This document shows positions 1 through 9,929 of a DNA stretch of 32,000 bases, piece after piece; the first letter of the stretch is position 1, and each line of letters begins with the position of its first letter. Below the pieces are notes generated by a model. The model was not told the origin of the DNA, did no database searches, and was given only the letters and a program-made list of their open reading frames with translations. This stretch comes from Nostoc sp. PCC 7120 = FACHB-418 (lineage in GTDB: Bacteria > Cyanobacteriota > Cyanobacteriia > Cyanobacteriales > Nostocaceae). Both the position numbers and the translations under genes were made by a program. The stretch lies in assembly GCF_000009705.1 (NCBI RefSeq), contig NC_003272.1, forward strand, positions 6,030,001 through 6,062,000, read 5' to 3'.

Positions 1-78
1 ACTGGTAATGGGTGATGGGTAATGAGTAAAATTTTTCTCAATTACCAATTAGCAATCACCAGTTACCAATTACCAAAC
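1..78. repeat. STRR-like heptamer arrays in inverted orientation (GGTAATG/GGTGATG units facing AATTACC/AATCACC units), forming a long imperfect hairpin 3' of accB
   Basis: Read directly: actGGTAATGGGTGATGGGTAATGag...tcAATTACCAATTAGCAATCACCAGTTACCAATTACC. The right-hand units are near reverse complements of the left-hand units. It lies just downstream of the accB stop on the minus strand. Confidence 0.6.
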
Positions 79-126
79 ATAACTAGCAACTTGAGTTAGT
101 AATGACTCACCTATATACATTAATAC

Positions 127-675
127 TTAATCTGGTTTAATTCTCATCAAAGGTTGATTATATTCTACAGGTTCGCCGTTTTGGACGAGAATTTCGATCA
201 CTTGCCCAGAAACATCAGCCTCAATTTCATTCATCAGCTTCATTGCTTCGATGATGCAGACGGTTTGACCTTGACGGATGCGATCGCCGACTTCCACAAA
301 TACCGCTTCACCTGGTGCAGGAGCGCGGTAAAATGTTCCCACCATTGGGGAAGCCACTTCTGCTAATTTTTGGTCAATGATTTTTGCTCCTGGCTGTGAG
401 CCAGAACTCGTGACAGCATGATCAGCAGCACGGCTTGTTCCCGGCTCTGGAGATGGAGATGGGGCAGCATGGGCTACAATCGGTATAGCCGATGGCAATC
501 CCGAACCTACCACACCACTCAAGGGTGCTGTCACAACCGGCACAACACTATTATTCACACCAACAGCTTTACGCACCGTTAGTTCAAAATCATCACTTTT
601 GAGCGTTACTTCCGCGATATCTGTTTGTGCAATAGTTGTCAGCAGTTGACGGATTTCATTAAAGTCCAATGGCAC
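127..675 (-). CDS. accB: Biotin carboxyl carrier protein of acetyl-CoA carboxylase
   Basis: C-terminal biotinyl domain with the EAMKLMNEIEA biotin-attachment motif and an Ala/Pro/Ser-rich linker. The conserved N-terminus (V/M)PLDFNEIRQLL begins at a GTG at 675. The track ORF extends to an ATG at 732, adding 19 residues that do not look conserved. Confidence 0.9.
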   Translation of the reverse strand: MPLDFNEIRQLLTTIAQTDIAEVTLKSDDFELTVRKAVGVNNSVVPVVTAPLSGVVGSGLPSAIPIVAHAAPSPSPEPGTSRAADHAVTSSGSQPGAKIIDQKLAEVASPMVGTFYRAPAPGEAVFVEVGDRIRQGQTVCIIEAMKLMNEIEADVSGQVIEILVQNGEPVEYNQPLMRIKPD

Positions 676-777
676 AGTTTTTATTACCTCGACCAGTCCG
701 TAAATAAAGAATTTTTCATACCAACTCTCCAAAATCCATCTACCATTGAGACTCAGAAACCTTAAGGGAATCCAGTT

Positions 778-798
778 TTTTGAATTTTGAATTTTGAA
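778..798. repeat. Tandem heptamer TTTTGAA x3 (STRR-type) in the efp-accB spacer
   Basis: Read directly: ttttgaattttgaattttgaa. Confidence 0.7.
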
Positions 799-814
799 TT
801 GGCCTAAGTGTGGC

Positions 815-854
815 AGGGATTTAATCCCTGAAATAGGGATTGAAATCGGGATTT
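815..854. repeat. GGGATT motif cluster including the palindrome AGGGATT-T-AATCCCT
   Basis: cAGGGATTtAATCCCTgaaataGGGATTgaaatcGGGATTtg. There are three direct GGGATT copies, and the first forms a 7-bp palindrome. Confidence 0.5.
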
Positions 855-874
855 GTTCTCGGATGAGATAAAAC

Positions 875-1432
875 CTATTCCCTGCCTAAGTATTTATCAT
901 CACGGGTATCAATTTTAATTCGCTCTCCTTGAGAAATAAACAAAGGAACCATCACAGTTGCACCAGTTTCGACAATTGCTGGTTTCGTGCCACCTGTAGC
1001 CGTGTCACCCTTGACACCTGGATCAGTTTGTATAACTTCCAAGACTACAGAATTAGCCAGTTCCACCTCTAGCACTTGCTCACCCCAACGAATGACGTTC
1101 ACTTCCATACCTTCCTTGAGGTATTTGACGCGATCGCCAATTTGTGCGGCGCTGAGTCGTCCTTCTTCATAGCTTTCCATATCCATAAAGACGAACTCAT
1201 CGCCCTCTTTATAGGTATGCTGCATTGTAATTTTTTCTAAAGTAGCTTGTGGAACAGTTTCCCCAGCCCGGAAGGTTTTTTCTAAAACTTTGCCGCTTTG
1301 GACGTTCTTCAGAGTTGTCCGTACAAAGGCAGAACCCTTACCTGGCTTAACGTGAAGGAAATCTATCACTCGCCATACAGACCCATCTAAGACAATGGAT
1401 ACACCAGGTCGAAAATCGTTACTAGAAATCAT
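875..1432 (-). CDS. efp: Translation elongation factor P
   Basis: [10 protein letters not shown]...[17 protein letters not shown]... matches the canonical EF-P N-terminus and the KPGKG loop. The track ORF (to 1480) adds 16 upstream residues, and the ATG at 1432 gives the usual ~185 aa protein. efp next to accB is a widely conserved pairing. Confidence 0.93.
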   Translation of the reverse strand: MISSNDFRPGVSIVLDGSVWRVIDFLHVKPGKGSAFVRTTLKNVQSGKVLEKTFRAGETVPQATLEKITMQHTYKEGDEFVFMDMESYEEGRLSAAQIGDRVKYLKEGMEVNVIRWGEQVLEVELANSVVLEVIQTDPGVKGDTATGGTKPAIVETGATVMVPLFISQGERIKIDTRDDKYLGRE

Positions 1433-1487
1433 GAAGCTTTCAAGTGTTGGAAGACAATCGGCATTTATTGTACCCTTCAAGGGTCTT

Positions 1488-1536
1488 AATTAGGTAATTA
1501 GTCAGTCGTCAGTTGATTAGTTGTCATTAGTCCCCA
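1488..1536. repeat. Degenerate heptamer (STRR-like) tract
   Basis: aattagg taattag tcagtcg tcagttg attagtt gtcatta gtcccca, showing 7-nt periodicity by eye. Confidence 0.4.
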
Positions 1537-1626
1537 ATCCCGAAATACTACTCATGACTCGTACTGTGGGAAGATGATTGATGGGTTACGCCTAGTCAAC
1601 AATTTGATGCTGCATTGAGCTATTCC

Positions 1627-2733
1627 ATGTTGAATTTATTAAAATCCTGGCTGAAAAACAGCCTCATGGCAATACTGTTAGTAACAATATTTTTAGGCAT
1701 AAATACAGCTGGCTGGACTCCTTCCAGTAACGCCGCCTTGCCATCTGGAAATGCGATTACTGACGGTAGAGCTTTATTGCGGTATGCACTCCCAATAAAT
1801 AATAAGCCAGTACGCGAACTGCAAGCCAGTTTGGAAGATATTTCTGCCCAACTGCGTGCAAATCGCCGATGGGGCGCTGTCTCCAAAGACCTGAGTAAAG
1901 CATCCCGCATTCTTGATAAACCTTCACAAATCCTAACAAGCGTTCCGGAAGAACGCCAAACTCAAGCTGAAACTTGGATTAATGAATTAAAAACTGGTGT
2001 AGTGAAAGTTCAAGAACTTGCACAATCCAAAGATAAAGAACAAGTTCTACTAGAAAGAGCTAAATTACTCAATTTGGTCTCGCTTATAGAAGAGTCAATG
2101 GTGAAGGAATTTCCTTTTGAAGTTCCCGAAGAGTATAATAACCTACCTCAACTTAAAGGACGCGCCACCATAGCAATTAAAACCAACAAAGGTGATTTAA
2201 CTGTTGTGGTGGATGGTTACAGCGCCCCTGTAACGGCGGGCAATTTTGTAGATTTAGTAAAACGGGGTTTCTATAATGGGTTAGAATTTACCCGTTCTGA
2301 AGAATCTTACGTTCTACAAACCGGAGATCCACCAGGTAAAGAACAGGGTTTTATTGATCCCAAAACAGGTAAATATCGGGCTATCCCTTTAGAAATTCTT
2401 GCAGAAGGTGATAAAAAACCAACCTACGGAATCACCTTAGAAGATGCTGGACGCTATCTAGATATGCCAGTATTACCCTTCTCGTCCTTTGGTGCGTTAG
2501 CAATGGCTCGTCCTGAAACCGAAGTCGATGGCGCTTCTTCTCAAGTCTTCTTTTTCTTATTTGAACCAGAACTCACCCCAGCCGGACGTAACCTCTTAGA
2601 TGGTCGTTACTCAGTTTTTGGCTATCTCATTGAAGGCAGAGACATTTTAGATACACTAAAAGCCGGTGACAAAATCGAATCAGCTACCGTTGTTCAGGGA
2701 CTAGACAATTTAGTACAACCCCAATCAGCCTAA
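1627..2733 (+). CDS. Cyclophilin-type peptidyl-prolyl cis-trans isomerase with an N-terminal signal peptide and helical extension (TLP40-like lumenal PPIase)
   Basis: The C-terminal half has cyclophilin-like blocks (GNFVDLVKRGFYNG, SFGALAMAR, GRYSVFGYLIEG). The N-terminus is hydrophobic and ends in SSNAA, like a signal peptide. The track start at 1615 is a TTG, and the ATG at 1627 is preferred. Confidence 0.88.
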   Translation: MLNLLKSWLKNSLMAILLVTIFLGINTAGWTPSSNAALPSGNAITDGRALLRYALPINNKPVRELQASLEDISAQLRANRRWGAVSKDLSKASRILDKPSQILTSVPEERQTQAETWINELKTGVVKVQELAQSKDKEQVLLERAKLLNLVSLIEESMVKEFPFEVPEEYNNLPQLKGRATIAIKTNKGDLTVVVDGYSAPVTAGNFVDLVKRGFYNGLEFTRSEESYVLQTGDPPGKEQGFIDPKTGKYRAIPLEILAEGDKKPTYGITLEDAGRYLDMPVLPFSSFGALAMARPETEVDGASSQVFFFLFEPELTPAGRNLLDGRYSVFGYLIEGRDILDTLKAGDKIESATVVQGLDNLVQPQSA

Positions 2734-2825
2734 GTATATTTCTGAGTTCTAAGTTCTAGAGTGAGAAAGCAATAAACAATACTCAGTTGTTATTTGTCTT
2801 TCTCCCTCATCTCCCTTCCTTCTTG

Positions 2826-3398
2826 CTAACCAAGATTTCCCGCAGCCAATACCTGCTCAACAGAAATCTCTATTTCCTCAAAAGTCCGCGATACAATTTT
2901 CTCGTTGGCTGTAAATACTGTCTCTTCGTAAAGCCCTTCTTCCAGCAACAGTACAGAAATTTTTTTCTCTAACGGGTCTACAATCCAATATTCCAACACT
3001 TCAGCCGCCGCATATTCAGACCGCGTATAGCGATAGTCTCGTTTTACCGAATCTGGACTGACTACCTCTACAATCAGTAACGGTGGTGACTCAAATACGG
3101 CTGACAGATTGAGTAATTCTCTGGCTTGTGCCTGCGTCACCACAGACAAATCAGTTAACCTAGATTTATTCCGCCCCGTTCTCACCCCAGTTTCCCGAAA
3201 ACATAACCAAGGTAAACTCAACCTATTAATTTCTGCTTTGAATGCAGTATCTAAAAAATCAACAATCAAGAAATGTTCAATCGTTGGGGGGTTCATTAAT
3301 TCCAGCCTGCCATCCACCAGTTCATAGTGAAAACCACTGCCATCATCATAAGTTAAGTACTCTTCAAAACTAAGATTTGTGACTGGTGTAGCTACCAT
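2826..3398 (-). CDS. Uma2-family (DUF820) putative restriction-endonuclease-like protein
   Basis: Typical Uma2 layout: N-terminal EEYL..DD...YELVDG.L..M.P. A catalytic-core-like PDL.VV...(E)VVSP....D and a YA...V.EYWIVD block follow. Confidence 0.8.
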   Translation of the reverse strand: MVATPVTNLSFEEYLTYDDGSGFHYELVDGRLELMNPPTIEHFLIVDFLDTAFKAEINRLSLPWLCFRETGVRTGRNKSRLTDLSVVTQAQARELLNLSAVFESPPLLIVEVVSPDSVKRDYRYTRSEYAAAEVLEYWIVDPLEKKISVLLLEEGLYEETVFTANEKIVSRTFEEIEISVEQVLAAGNLG

Positions 3399-3465
3399 CC
3401 CAACAGACCCCTAGACGATACAATTATCTTAACTTGGGGGAGTATTGACTCATGACAACTGACCC

Positions 3466-4464
3466 ATGACCAAAGTCAAAGATATTGGCGAACAAGGACT
3501 ATTGAAAATATTACAGCGCTTCTGTCCACCAGAAATTATTGGCGATGATGCGGCCGTACTGGTGACAGAGCCAAAGCAATCTTTGGTTGTAACTACGGAT
3601 ATACTTGTCGATGGGGTGCATTTTAGCGATGTCACAACCTCCCCAGAAGATGCAGGTTGGCGTGCGGCAGCGGCGAATTTGTCAGATTTGGCAGCGATGG
3701 GTGCCACGCCTTTGGGTATTACTATTGCGTTGGCTCTTCCTGGGGATTTGAGCGTGAGTTGGGTAGAACGCTTATACCAGGGGATAACAGAATGCCTACA
3801 AAAATACCATACTCCGATTGTAGGCGGAGATGTGGTGCGATCACCTATCACTACTCTATCCATCACCGCCTTTGGTCAAGTCCACCCCAATAGGATTATC
3901 CGTCGTTCTACTGCTCAAGTTGGGGATGCGATCGCAATCACAGGTGTTCACGGAGCCTCCCACGCGGGTTTAGAATTGCTCCTAGACCCCAAAATAGGAA
4001 AAGACCTTACCCCCGAAGAAAAGGTAGCTTTAATTAAATCTCACCAGCGTCCCCAGCCACGTTTAGATGTTCTTCCCTATCTCTGGCAAATCTCCCACTC
4101 TCCACTTCCTATCGCCGGTATGGATAGCAGTGATGGTTTAGCAGATGCTGTACTACAAATCTGCCGAACCAGTGGTGTTGGTGCTGTTATAGAAAGCGAC
4201 CAAATACCCCTACCAGCAGCCTTTGACCACTGGTTAACACCAGAACAAGCTTTGAATTATGCTTTATACGGTGGTGAAGATTTTGAACTAGTGTTGTGTT
4301 TACCACCAGACCTAGCAACAACCTTAGTACAACATTTGGGTCAAAGTGCAGCCATTATCGGCACCATTACATCAGATACCAACGTAATACTGCACCATCG
4401 CAACACAAAAATCCCTGACCAAGTACTCACTCTCAGTCAGGGATTTCAACATTTTGGTCACTAG
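3466..4464 (+). CDS. thiL: Thiamine-monophosphate kinase
   Basis: IGEQGLL...IGDDAAVL N-terminal motif, DILVDGVHF, AANLSDLAAMGA and GGD blocks of the AIR-synthase-like ThiL family. Confidence 0.9.
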   Translation: MTKVKDIGEQGLLKILQRFCPPEIIGDDAAVLVTEPKQSLVVTTDILVDGVHFSDVTTSPEDAGWRAAAANLSDLAAMGATPLGITIALALPGDLSVSWVERLYQGITECLQKYHTPIVGGDVVRSPITTLSITAFGQVHPNRIIRRSTAQVGDAIAITGVHGASHAGLELLLDPKIGKDLTPEEKVALIKSHQRPQPRLDVLPYLWQISHSPLPIAGMDSSDGLADAVLQICRTSGVGAVIESDQIPLPAAFDHWLTPEQALNYALYGGEDFELVLCLPPDLATTLVQHLGQSAAIIGTITSDTNVILHHRNTKIPDQVLTLSQGFQHFGH

Positions 4465-4474
4465 GATCAATTGC

Positions 4475-4516
4475 TAGTTGTCACTGGTTAATAATGCTAA
4501 ACACTACTGACAACTA
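4475..4516. terminator. 9-bp inverted repeat (TAGTTGTCA ... TGACAACTA) between the convergent genes thiL and gap2
   Basis: Arms at 4475-4483 and 4508-4516 flank a 24-nt loop. There is no clean U-tract, so a terminator role is tentative. Confidence 0.35.
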
Positions 4517-4534
4517 ACAATTTACAAAGCTAAC

Positions 4535-5548
4535 TTAAACCCATTTTTCGGCTACTAATTCTGCCAAGTCGAGAACGCGTTGGCTGTAACCCCATTCGTT
4601 GTCATACCAAGCCATAACTTTCACAAGATCATTACCCATAACTAGGGTCAAGTTAGCATCAACGATAGAGGAAGCATCAGTTCCTTGATAATCGGACGAT
4701 ACCAATTGCAGTTCGCTGTAGTCCAAAATTCCTTTCAGTGGGCCTTCAGACGCATCTTTGAGGGCTTGGTTGACTTCTTCAGTAATAGTACGCTTCTCAA
4801 CCTGAACTACGAAATCTACCATTGAGACGTTCGGGGTAGGTACGCGCAAGGCAACGCCATTAAGCTTGCCTTTTAGTTCTGGGATCACTAGAGCCACTGC
4901 TTTCGCCGCACCGGTGGAGGTAGGGACGATATTGATAGCGGCGGCCCTTGCCCTGCGTAAATCACGGTGAGAAGCATCTAATAAGCGCTGATCACCTGTG
5001 TAGCTGTGGGTGGTTGTCATGCTGCCTTTGATGATCCCGAATTTGTCGTTCAGTACCTTGGCGATGGGAGCTAGACAGTTAGTTGTACAGCTGGCATTAC
5101 TGATAATGTTGTGTAGGTTGTGATCGTAGTCGTGATGATTTACACCCATTACGAAGGTACCATCCTCGTTTTTACCGGGGGCAGTGATCAGAACCTTCTT
5201 CGCTCCAGCATTAATGTGCTTTGTCGCACCTTCTTTGCTTACAAATACGCCCGTTGCTTCGATAATTAAGTCAATCTCCCATTCCTTCCAGGGCAAGTTT
5301 TCTGGATTGCGATCAGATACGCATTTAATGGTCTTACCGTTAACGGTGATAGAGTTATCATCAGCCGTAATGTCAACATTCTTTAACTTCCCAAGCATTG
5401 AGTCATACTTCAGGAGGTGAGCATTAGTCCTCGGATCTGATGTGTCGTTAACAGCTACAAGCTCAATATTAGTATTTTCTCGTCCCAGCCAGCAGCGTGC
5501 AAAGTTACGCCCAATACGACCGAAACCGTTGATTGCGACTCTAATCAC
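4535..5548 (-). CDS. gap2: Glyceraldehyde-3-phosphate dehydrogenase, Calvin-cycle (NAD(P)-dependent) type
   Basis: (V)[15 protein letters not shown] Rossmann N-terminus, [12 protein letters not shown] active-site Cys motif and [10 protein letters not shown]-terminus. The conserved N-terminus starts at a GTG at 5548. The track ATG at 5599 adds 17 non-conserved residues. Confidence 0.93.
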   Translation of the reverse strand: MIRVAINGFGRIGRNFARCWLGRENTNIELVAVNDTSDPRTNAHLLKYDSMLGKLKNVDITADDNSITVNGKTIKCVSDRNPENLPWKEWEIDLIIEATGVFVSKEGATKHINAGAKKVLITAPGKNEDGTFVMGVNHHDYDHNLHNIISNASCTTNCLAPIAKVLNDKFGIIKGSMTTTHSYTGDQRLLDASHRDLRRARAAAINIVPTSTGAAKAVALVIPELKGKLNGVALRVPTPNVSMVDFVVQVEKRTITEEVNQALKDASEGPLKGILDYSELQLVSSDYQGTDASSIVDANLTLVMGNDLVKVMAWYDNEWGYSQRVLDLAELVAEKWV

Positions 5549-5665
5549 AGTATCTTGCCCTCTGTATATATGCCTATAAGTTGATATCTTTGACCCCAAT
5601 CATATCGCAAAGGGGGAGGGTATTTATAACCATAAAGTGTCAGATCCAAAAAAAAAACACATATT

Positions 5666-6292
5666 TTATTCAGAATCTTCTGAGTAAAGCTTGTGAGCAG
5701 CGATGTAGGATCTCACATCTTCGGGAACAAGATAACGAATGGACTTCCCTATTCGATAAAGTTTACGAATTAAACTTGACGAAACTCCTACTAAGGGTAT
5801 ATGCAATAAGTGCCAGTGAATAGTATCTGACTGTTTTCTCAATTGCTGCTTCACTTGCTTGCAGATTAACTCACTTTGAGCTATATTCTCACCACCTACC
5901 AATCGGGGTGCGATTAACCAATCACACATTGGTGCTAGTTCCTGTCCACGGTACCAACGAGGTAAAGTTTGGAAAGTATCCAAGCCTACTATCCAGTACC
6001 AGTGAGTATTTGGGAAACAAACAGATAAGTCGGTCAAGGTGTTAATAGCGTAAGAAACTCCTGAGCGATTTTTTTCCACTGAGGAGACAGTAAACGCTGG
6101 GTTATCTTGTGTAGCTAATTGCAGCATTGCTAGGCGATGTCTAAAAGCAGATGCTTTTTTATGAGGAGGATTTAGTGATGGCACCCAAATTACTTTTTCT
6201 ATTGGTATTTGCTGCAAAGCTGCCTCAGCTATGAGCAAGTGTCCCCAATGAATCGGATCAAATGTGCCACCAAAAACTGCCAGGTGCTGCAT
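5666..6292 (-). CDS. nadD: Nicotinate-nucleotide adenylyltransferase
   Basis: GGTFDPIHWGHL (HxGH nucleotidyltransferase motif) and the C-terminal VSSSLIR (ISSTxxR-like) motif. Confidence 0.9.
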   Translation of the reverse strand: MQHLAVFGGTFDPIHWGHLLIAEAALQQIPIEKVIWVPSLNPPHKKASAFRHRLAMLQLATQDNPAFTVSSVEKNRSGVSYAINTLTDLSVCFPNTHWYWIVGLDTFQTLPRWYRGQELAPMCDWLIAPRLVGGENIAQSELICKQVKQQLRKQSDTIHWHLLHIPLVGVSSSLIRKLYRIGKSIRYLVPEDVRSYIAAHKLYSEDSE

Positions 6293-6698
6293 GGTTATAC
6301 CTTGGCTATGTGCAATTGAAAATGATTTTCATAGCCAACAGGAGATTTTAATAAATTCATGCCTTGGCTTGATGAAATATTAGAACAGATTTCGCTACCA
6401 ATGTAGTCATCATGTAACCAACACCAGTAAGGAATCGGAAAATATGTATTTGACATTACAAGAATTTCTTTCCCGATATGACGAAAATTTACTGAATAAT
6501 CATAAAAACAGTATAGAAATAGCAAAAACCTCTAACCAAGGTAAAATCATTCTCAATAATCTAAATCTCAGTAGAAATTACTTAGAAATTAATCCCTAAA
6601 AAAGATATAGGAGTAGTTACAGTAAAAATCCAAATCCTGTTATGATACGCGTGTTATTTGTGATTGATGGTGTGGTGTGGTGATAAGAGGAGTAATCA

Positions 6699-8183
6699 AT
6701 GAATAATAGTGTAGATTTTGGCGGTAGACCATTTCATTTTATCGGAATCGGCGGTATAGGGATGTCTGCTCTGGCATACGTTCTTGCAAAACGCCAGTTG
6801 CCAGTGTCAGGTTCTGACCTTCGTCCTAATCATATTACGCGCAAGTTGGAATCTATCGGTACGCATATTTTTAGTAGACAAGAAGCAAGTAATCTTGAAT
6901 TCTTTGGCTCTAAAGTTAGCTCTACTGAAATAGAATTAAATACCCAAGAAATGTTTCCGGTCGGCAAGTCAACCTTGCCTCAAGTAGTTTGTTCAACAGC
7001 AATTAACTCGAATAATTTAGAATACCAAGCAGCAATAGAATTAGGATGCCCGATTTTACATCGTTCAGATGTACTAGCAGCTTTAATTAACGATTATCAT
7101 AGTGTTGCCGTAGCAGGAACTCATGGCAAAACTACAACTAGTAGCATGATTGGTTATATGTTACTAGAAGCAGGTTTAGATCCAACAATCATTGTCGGTG
7201 GAGAAGTAAATGCTTGGGAAGGCAATGCCAGATTAGGGCAAAGCTCCTATTTAGTGGCTGAGGCAGACGAATCAGATGGCTCCCTAGTCAAGCACGCTCC
7301 AGAAATTGGTATTATCACTAATATTGAATTAGATCATCCTGACCATTACGACACCTTAGAAGAAGTCGTTGATATCTTTCAAACATTTGCCAAGGGTTGT
7401 AAAACTCTAATTGGCAGTGTTGACTGTGAAACAGTGCGTGAGTTGCTACGCAATGCTTCTGGCGATCGCCAACAACCAACTATTACTTATAGTCTTCATC
7501 AAGATACTGAAGCTGACTACACTGTTACTAATATTGACTACCGTGCTGACGGTACCACTGCTTTAGTCTGGGAAAAAGGCAAAGCTTTAGGTGTACTGAA
7601 ATTAAAGTTACTAAGTCGCCATAACCTGAGTAATGCTCTAGCCGCAGTAGCTGTCGGTCGTCTAGTGGGTCTAGAATTTGGAGAAATTGCCAAGGGTATC
7701 GCTGGCTTTGAAGGTGCAAGACGACGCTTTGAATTCCGTGGCGAAGTTGATGGTATTACTTTCATTGATGATTATGCTCATCACCCCAGCGAAATTCGGG
7801 CTACGCTGGCTGCTGCACGCCTTCAAGCCAGACCCGGACAAAGAGTAGTAGCTATTTTTCAACCCCACCGTTATAGTCGCACCCTGACCTTTTTAGAAGA
7901 ATTCTCTGAGTCTTTCAGCCATGCCGATTTGGTTGTACTGACCGATATTTATAGTGCAGGCGAACCCAATTTAGGACTAATTAGTGGTGAAAACTTGGCA
8001 GAAAAAATTGCTCAAGAACACCCACAGGTAGTTTATCAACCAACTTTATCTACAGTGTGTGAGTATTTATTAAAAAATCTCCGCCCTGGTGACTTGGCTT
8101 TATTCCTGGGTGCAGGAAATTTAAATCAGGCAATTCCAGAAATTATTACCACACTGTGCGCACCTGCAACAGCCACATTGTGA
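6699..8183 (+). CDS. murC: UDP-N-acetylmuramate--L-alanine ligase
   Basis: FIGIGGIGMSALA N-terminal Rossmann motif, AGTHGKTTTSSM P-loop and DDYAHHPSEI Mur-ligase C-domain motif. An AGAGGAG Shine-Dalgarno sequence sits just upstream of the ATG. Confidence 0.95.
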   Translation: MNNSVDFGGRPFHFIGIGGIGMSALAYVLAKRQLPVSGSDLRPNHITRKLESIGTHIFSRQEASNLEFFGSKVSSTEIELNTQEMFPVGKSTLPQVVCSTAINSNNLEYQAAIELGCPILHRSDVLAALINDYHSVAVAGTHGKTTTSSMIGYMLLEAGLDPTIIVGGEVNAWEGNARLGQSSYLVAEADESDGSLVKHAPEIGIITNIELDHPDHYDTLEEVVDIFQTFAKGCKTLIGSVDCETVRELLRNASGDRQQPTITYSLHQDTEADYTVTNIDYRADGTTALVWEKGKALGVLKLKLLSRHNLSNALAAVAVGRLVGLEFGEIAKGIAGFEGARRRFEFRGEVDGITFIDDYAHHPSEIRATLAAARLQARPGQRVVAIFQPHRYSRTLTFLEEFSESFSHADLVVLTDIYSAGEPNLGLISGENLAEKIAQEHPQVVYQPTLSTVCEYLLKNLRPGDLALFLGAGNLNQAIPEIITTLCAPATATL

Positions 8184-8303
8184 GGATACTCACGAATGAA
8201 GGCTGCTATCTAAGCCAAGTGTTTACTTAGCAACAGTTTTATCGAAATTGCTGTAGTTTTACGGCAGATAAATGTAAAAATTTCACAATTAATTGATGTA
8301 AAG

Positions 8304-9299
8304 ATGAAAATTTCCCAGGCAGTTGGAAACGCCTGTACAGTTCCTGCTTCCAGTGTAGAGACACACAATAACAATCCTTCAAAAGAAAGTAAAATTATTT
8401 ACTTACCCGGTACTAATTGCGAGATTAAATCTCAGGCTTTGTTATCCGCATTTACTTCTTATAGAGTCGGGGGAGCAGCTGAATTGTATGTTGCCCCTCG
8501 CAATATAGAAGCATTGCAAGCCAGCCTCAGATATGCACAAGAGCATAATTTAAGAGTAACAACTCTCGGCGCGGGTTCTAACTTGTTAGTGAGCGATCGC
8601 GGCATCTCAGGCTTGGTTATTGCTACTCGTCATCTACGTTACACTCATTTCGACCACCAAACTGGTCAAGTAACTATAGCTGCTGGAGAATCAATTCCTA
8701 GCTTGGCATGGGAAATAGCAAAACTGGGATGGCAAGGGTTTGAGTGGGCCGTAGGTATCCCCGGAACCGTTGGCGGTGCGGTGGTGATGAATGCCGGAGC
8801 GCATAATAGTTGTATTGCAGATATATTAGTTAGCGCTCAAGTACTTTCTCCTGATGGCACAGTAGAAACACTCACTCCTGAAGAGTTGGGTTATGCCTAT
8901 CGTACTTCATTACTACAAGGTAGCAATCGCGTAGTCACCCAAGCCACCTTCCAATTGCAACCAGGCTTTGATCCTGCATACGTCACGGCCACAACCAAAC
9001 AACACAAACAGATGCGGTTAACCACTCAACCTTACAACTTCCCCAGTTGTGGTAGTGTGTTCCGTAACCCCAAACCTTATTCGGCGGGCTGGTTAATCGA
9101 ACAATCAGGATTAAAAGGCTATCAAATAGGTGGCGCACAAGTGGCGCATCTCCACGCCAATTTTATAGTTAATCGTGGAGGAGCCAAAGCCAACGATATC
9201 TTCTGCCTCATCCGCCATATCCAGCAGGAAGTCCAAGAACGCTGGTCAATCTTGTTAGAGCCAGAAGTCAAAATGCTGGGTGAATTTCAGGCGGCGTGA
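8304..9299 (+). CDS. murB: UDP-N-acetylenolpyruvoylglucosamine reductase
   Basis: FAD-binding [11 protein letters not shown] and GAGSNLLV motifs. [16 protein letters not shown] and CGSVFRNP are typical MurB blocks. It lies directly downstream of murC. Confidence 0.93.
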   Translation: MKISQAVGNACTVPASSVETHNNNPSKESKIIYLPGTNCEIKSQALLSAFTSYRVGGAAELYVAPRNIEALQASLRYAQEHNLRVTTLGAGSNLLVSDRGISGLVIATRHLRYTHFDHQTGQVTIAAGESIPSLAWEIAKLGWQGFEWAVGIPGTVGGAVVMNAGAHNSCIADILVSAQVLSPDGTVETLTPEELGYAYRTSLLQGSNRVVTQATFQLQPGFDPAYVTATTKQHKQMRLTTQPYNFPSCGSVFRNPKPYSAGWLIEQSGLKGYQIGGAQVAHLHANFIVNRGGAKANDIFCLIRHIQQEVQERWSILLEPEVKMLGEFQAA

Positions 9300-9496
9300 G
9301 GGATTTGGGATTGGGGACTGATACAGAAAAAAGAAAATAGTTCTTGTTCTGAATCTTTCTCTCAACTGTATCCAGTCCCTAAAAGCTAATCTCCAATACC
9401 CAGTCCCTAAAGTTTTGGTAAAAAAAGAGGCAAACTGCCCACCACATCTATAATTGAATTTGATTTGTTATTCAACGCACACGCGGACTATCAATT

Positions 9497-9844
9497 ATGA
9501 CAGGAAAAGGACAAGGATTTGGCTTCGGCTTGGGAAAAATGAAAGAACTGGCCGAAGCTTTCAAAAAAGCACAGCAAGTTCAAGAAGGTGCAAAACGACT
9601 CCAAGAAGAATTGGAGCAAATGGAAATTCAGGGAGAAGCTGGCGGCGGCCTAGTGAAGGTGATTGTCAGTGGCAACCAAGAACCAAAGCGAGTAGAAATT
9701 TCCCCAGATGCTTTAGCACAGGGGGCAGATTTACTTTCCGACTTGGTAACAGCTGCAATGAAAGATGCTTATATCAAGTCTACAGCTACAATGCGAGAAC
9801 GCATGGAAGACTTAACCAGTGGGTTGGAACTACCTGGATTTTAG
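9497..9844 (+). CDS. ybaB: YbaB/EbfC-family nucleoid-associated protein
   Basis: About 115 aa with the family pattern: N-terminal G-rich segment and [16 protein letters not shown], then GGGLVKV...G......I.P. LV..A...A... follows at the C-terminal end. The overlapping 134-aa ORF (9454..9858) is in another frame and looks non-protein-like. Confidence 0.88.
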   Translation: MTGKGQGFGFGLGKMKELAEAFKKAQQVQEGAKRLQEELEQMEIQGEAGGGLVKVIVSGNQEPKRVEISPDALAQGADLLSDLVTAAMKDAYIKSTATMRERMEDLTSGLELPGF

Positions 9845-9845
9845 C

Positions 9846-9929
9846 CATTAGTCATTAGTCATTAGTCGATGGTCAATAGTCAACAAATTTGGAGACTATA
9901 GACTTTGGACTACTGACTTTTGACTTTGT
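9846..9929. repeat. STRR heptamer arrays in inverted orientation (CATTAGT x3 and variants, facing ACTATAG/ACTTTGG/ACTACTG/ACTTTTG)
   Basis: Strict 7-nt register read directly: CATTAGT CATTAGT CATTAGT CGATGGT CAATAGT CAACAAA ... ACTATAG ACTTTGG ACTACTG ACTTTTG ACTTTGT. It begins 2 nt after the ybaB stop. Confidence 0.75.

Noticed and set aside
154-366. Track ORFs antisense to well-supported genes: 154..366, 987..1172, 1620..1910, 1757..1939, 3109..3327, 3450..3866, 3657..3893, 5184..5420, 7528..7719, 7538..7765, 7671..7868, 13485..13721, 16951..17289, 20009..20254, 20439..20621, 20852..21043, 20971..21153, 25313..25603, 25925..26194, 30095..30277, 31261..31620
   Set aside because: Each lies fully inside, and opposite or out of frame to, a gene with strong family motifs. 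Their translations are low-complexity (Ser/Arg/Pro/Leu-rich) with no recognisable motifs. These are typical shadow ORFs.
3399-3465. TPP riboswitch upstream of thiL
   Set aside because: The spacer is only ~67 nt and lacks the conserved CTGAGA/ACCTGA THI-box elements.
6295-6525. 76-aa minus-strand ORF ending 2 nt before the nadD start
   Set aside because: The tight spacing is suggestive of a real small gene. However, the sequence is Cys/Trp/Tyr/Phe-rich, lies in AT-rich promoter-like DNA shared with divergent murC, and has no motif I recognise. I cannot support it without homology or expression data.
9454-9858. 134-aa ORF overlapping ybaB in another plus-strand frame
   Set aside because: Its Arg/Trp/Cys-rich composition is not protein-like. 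The 115-aa frame carries the YbaB/EbfC pattern.
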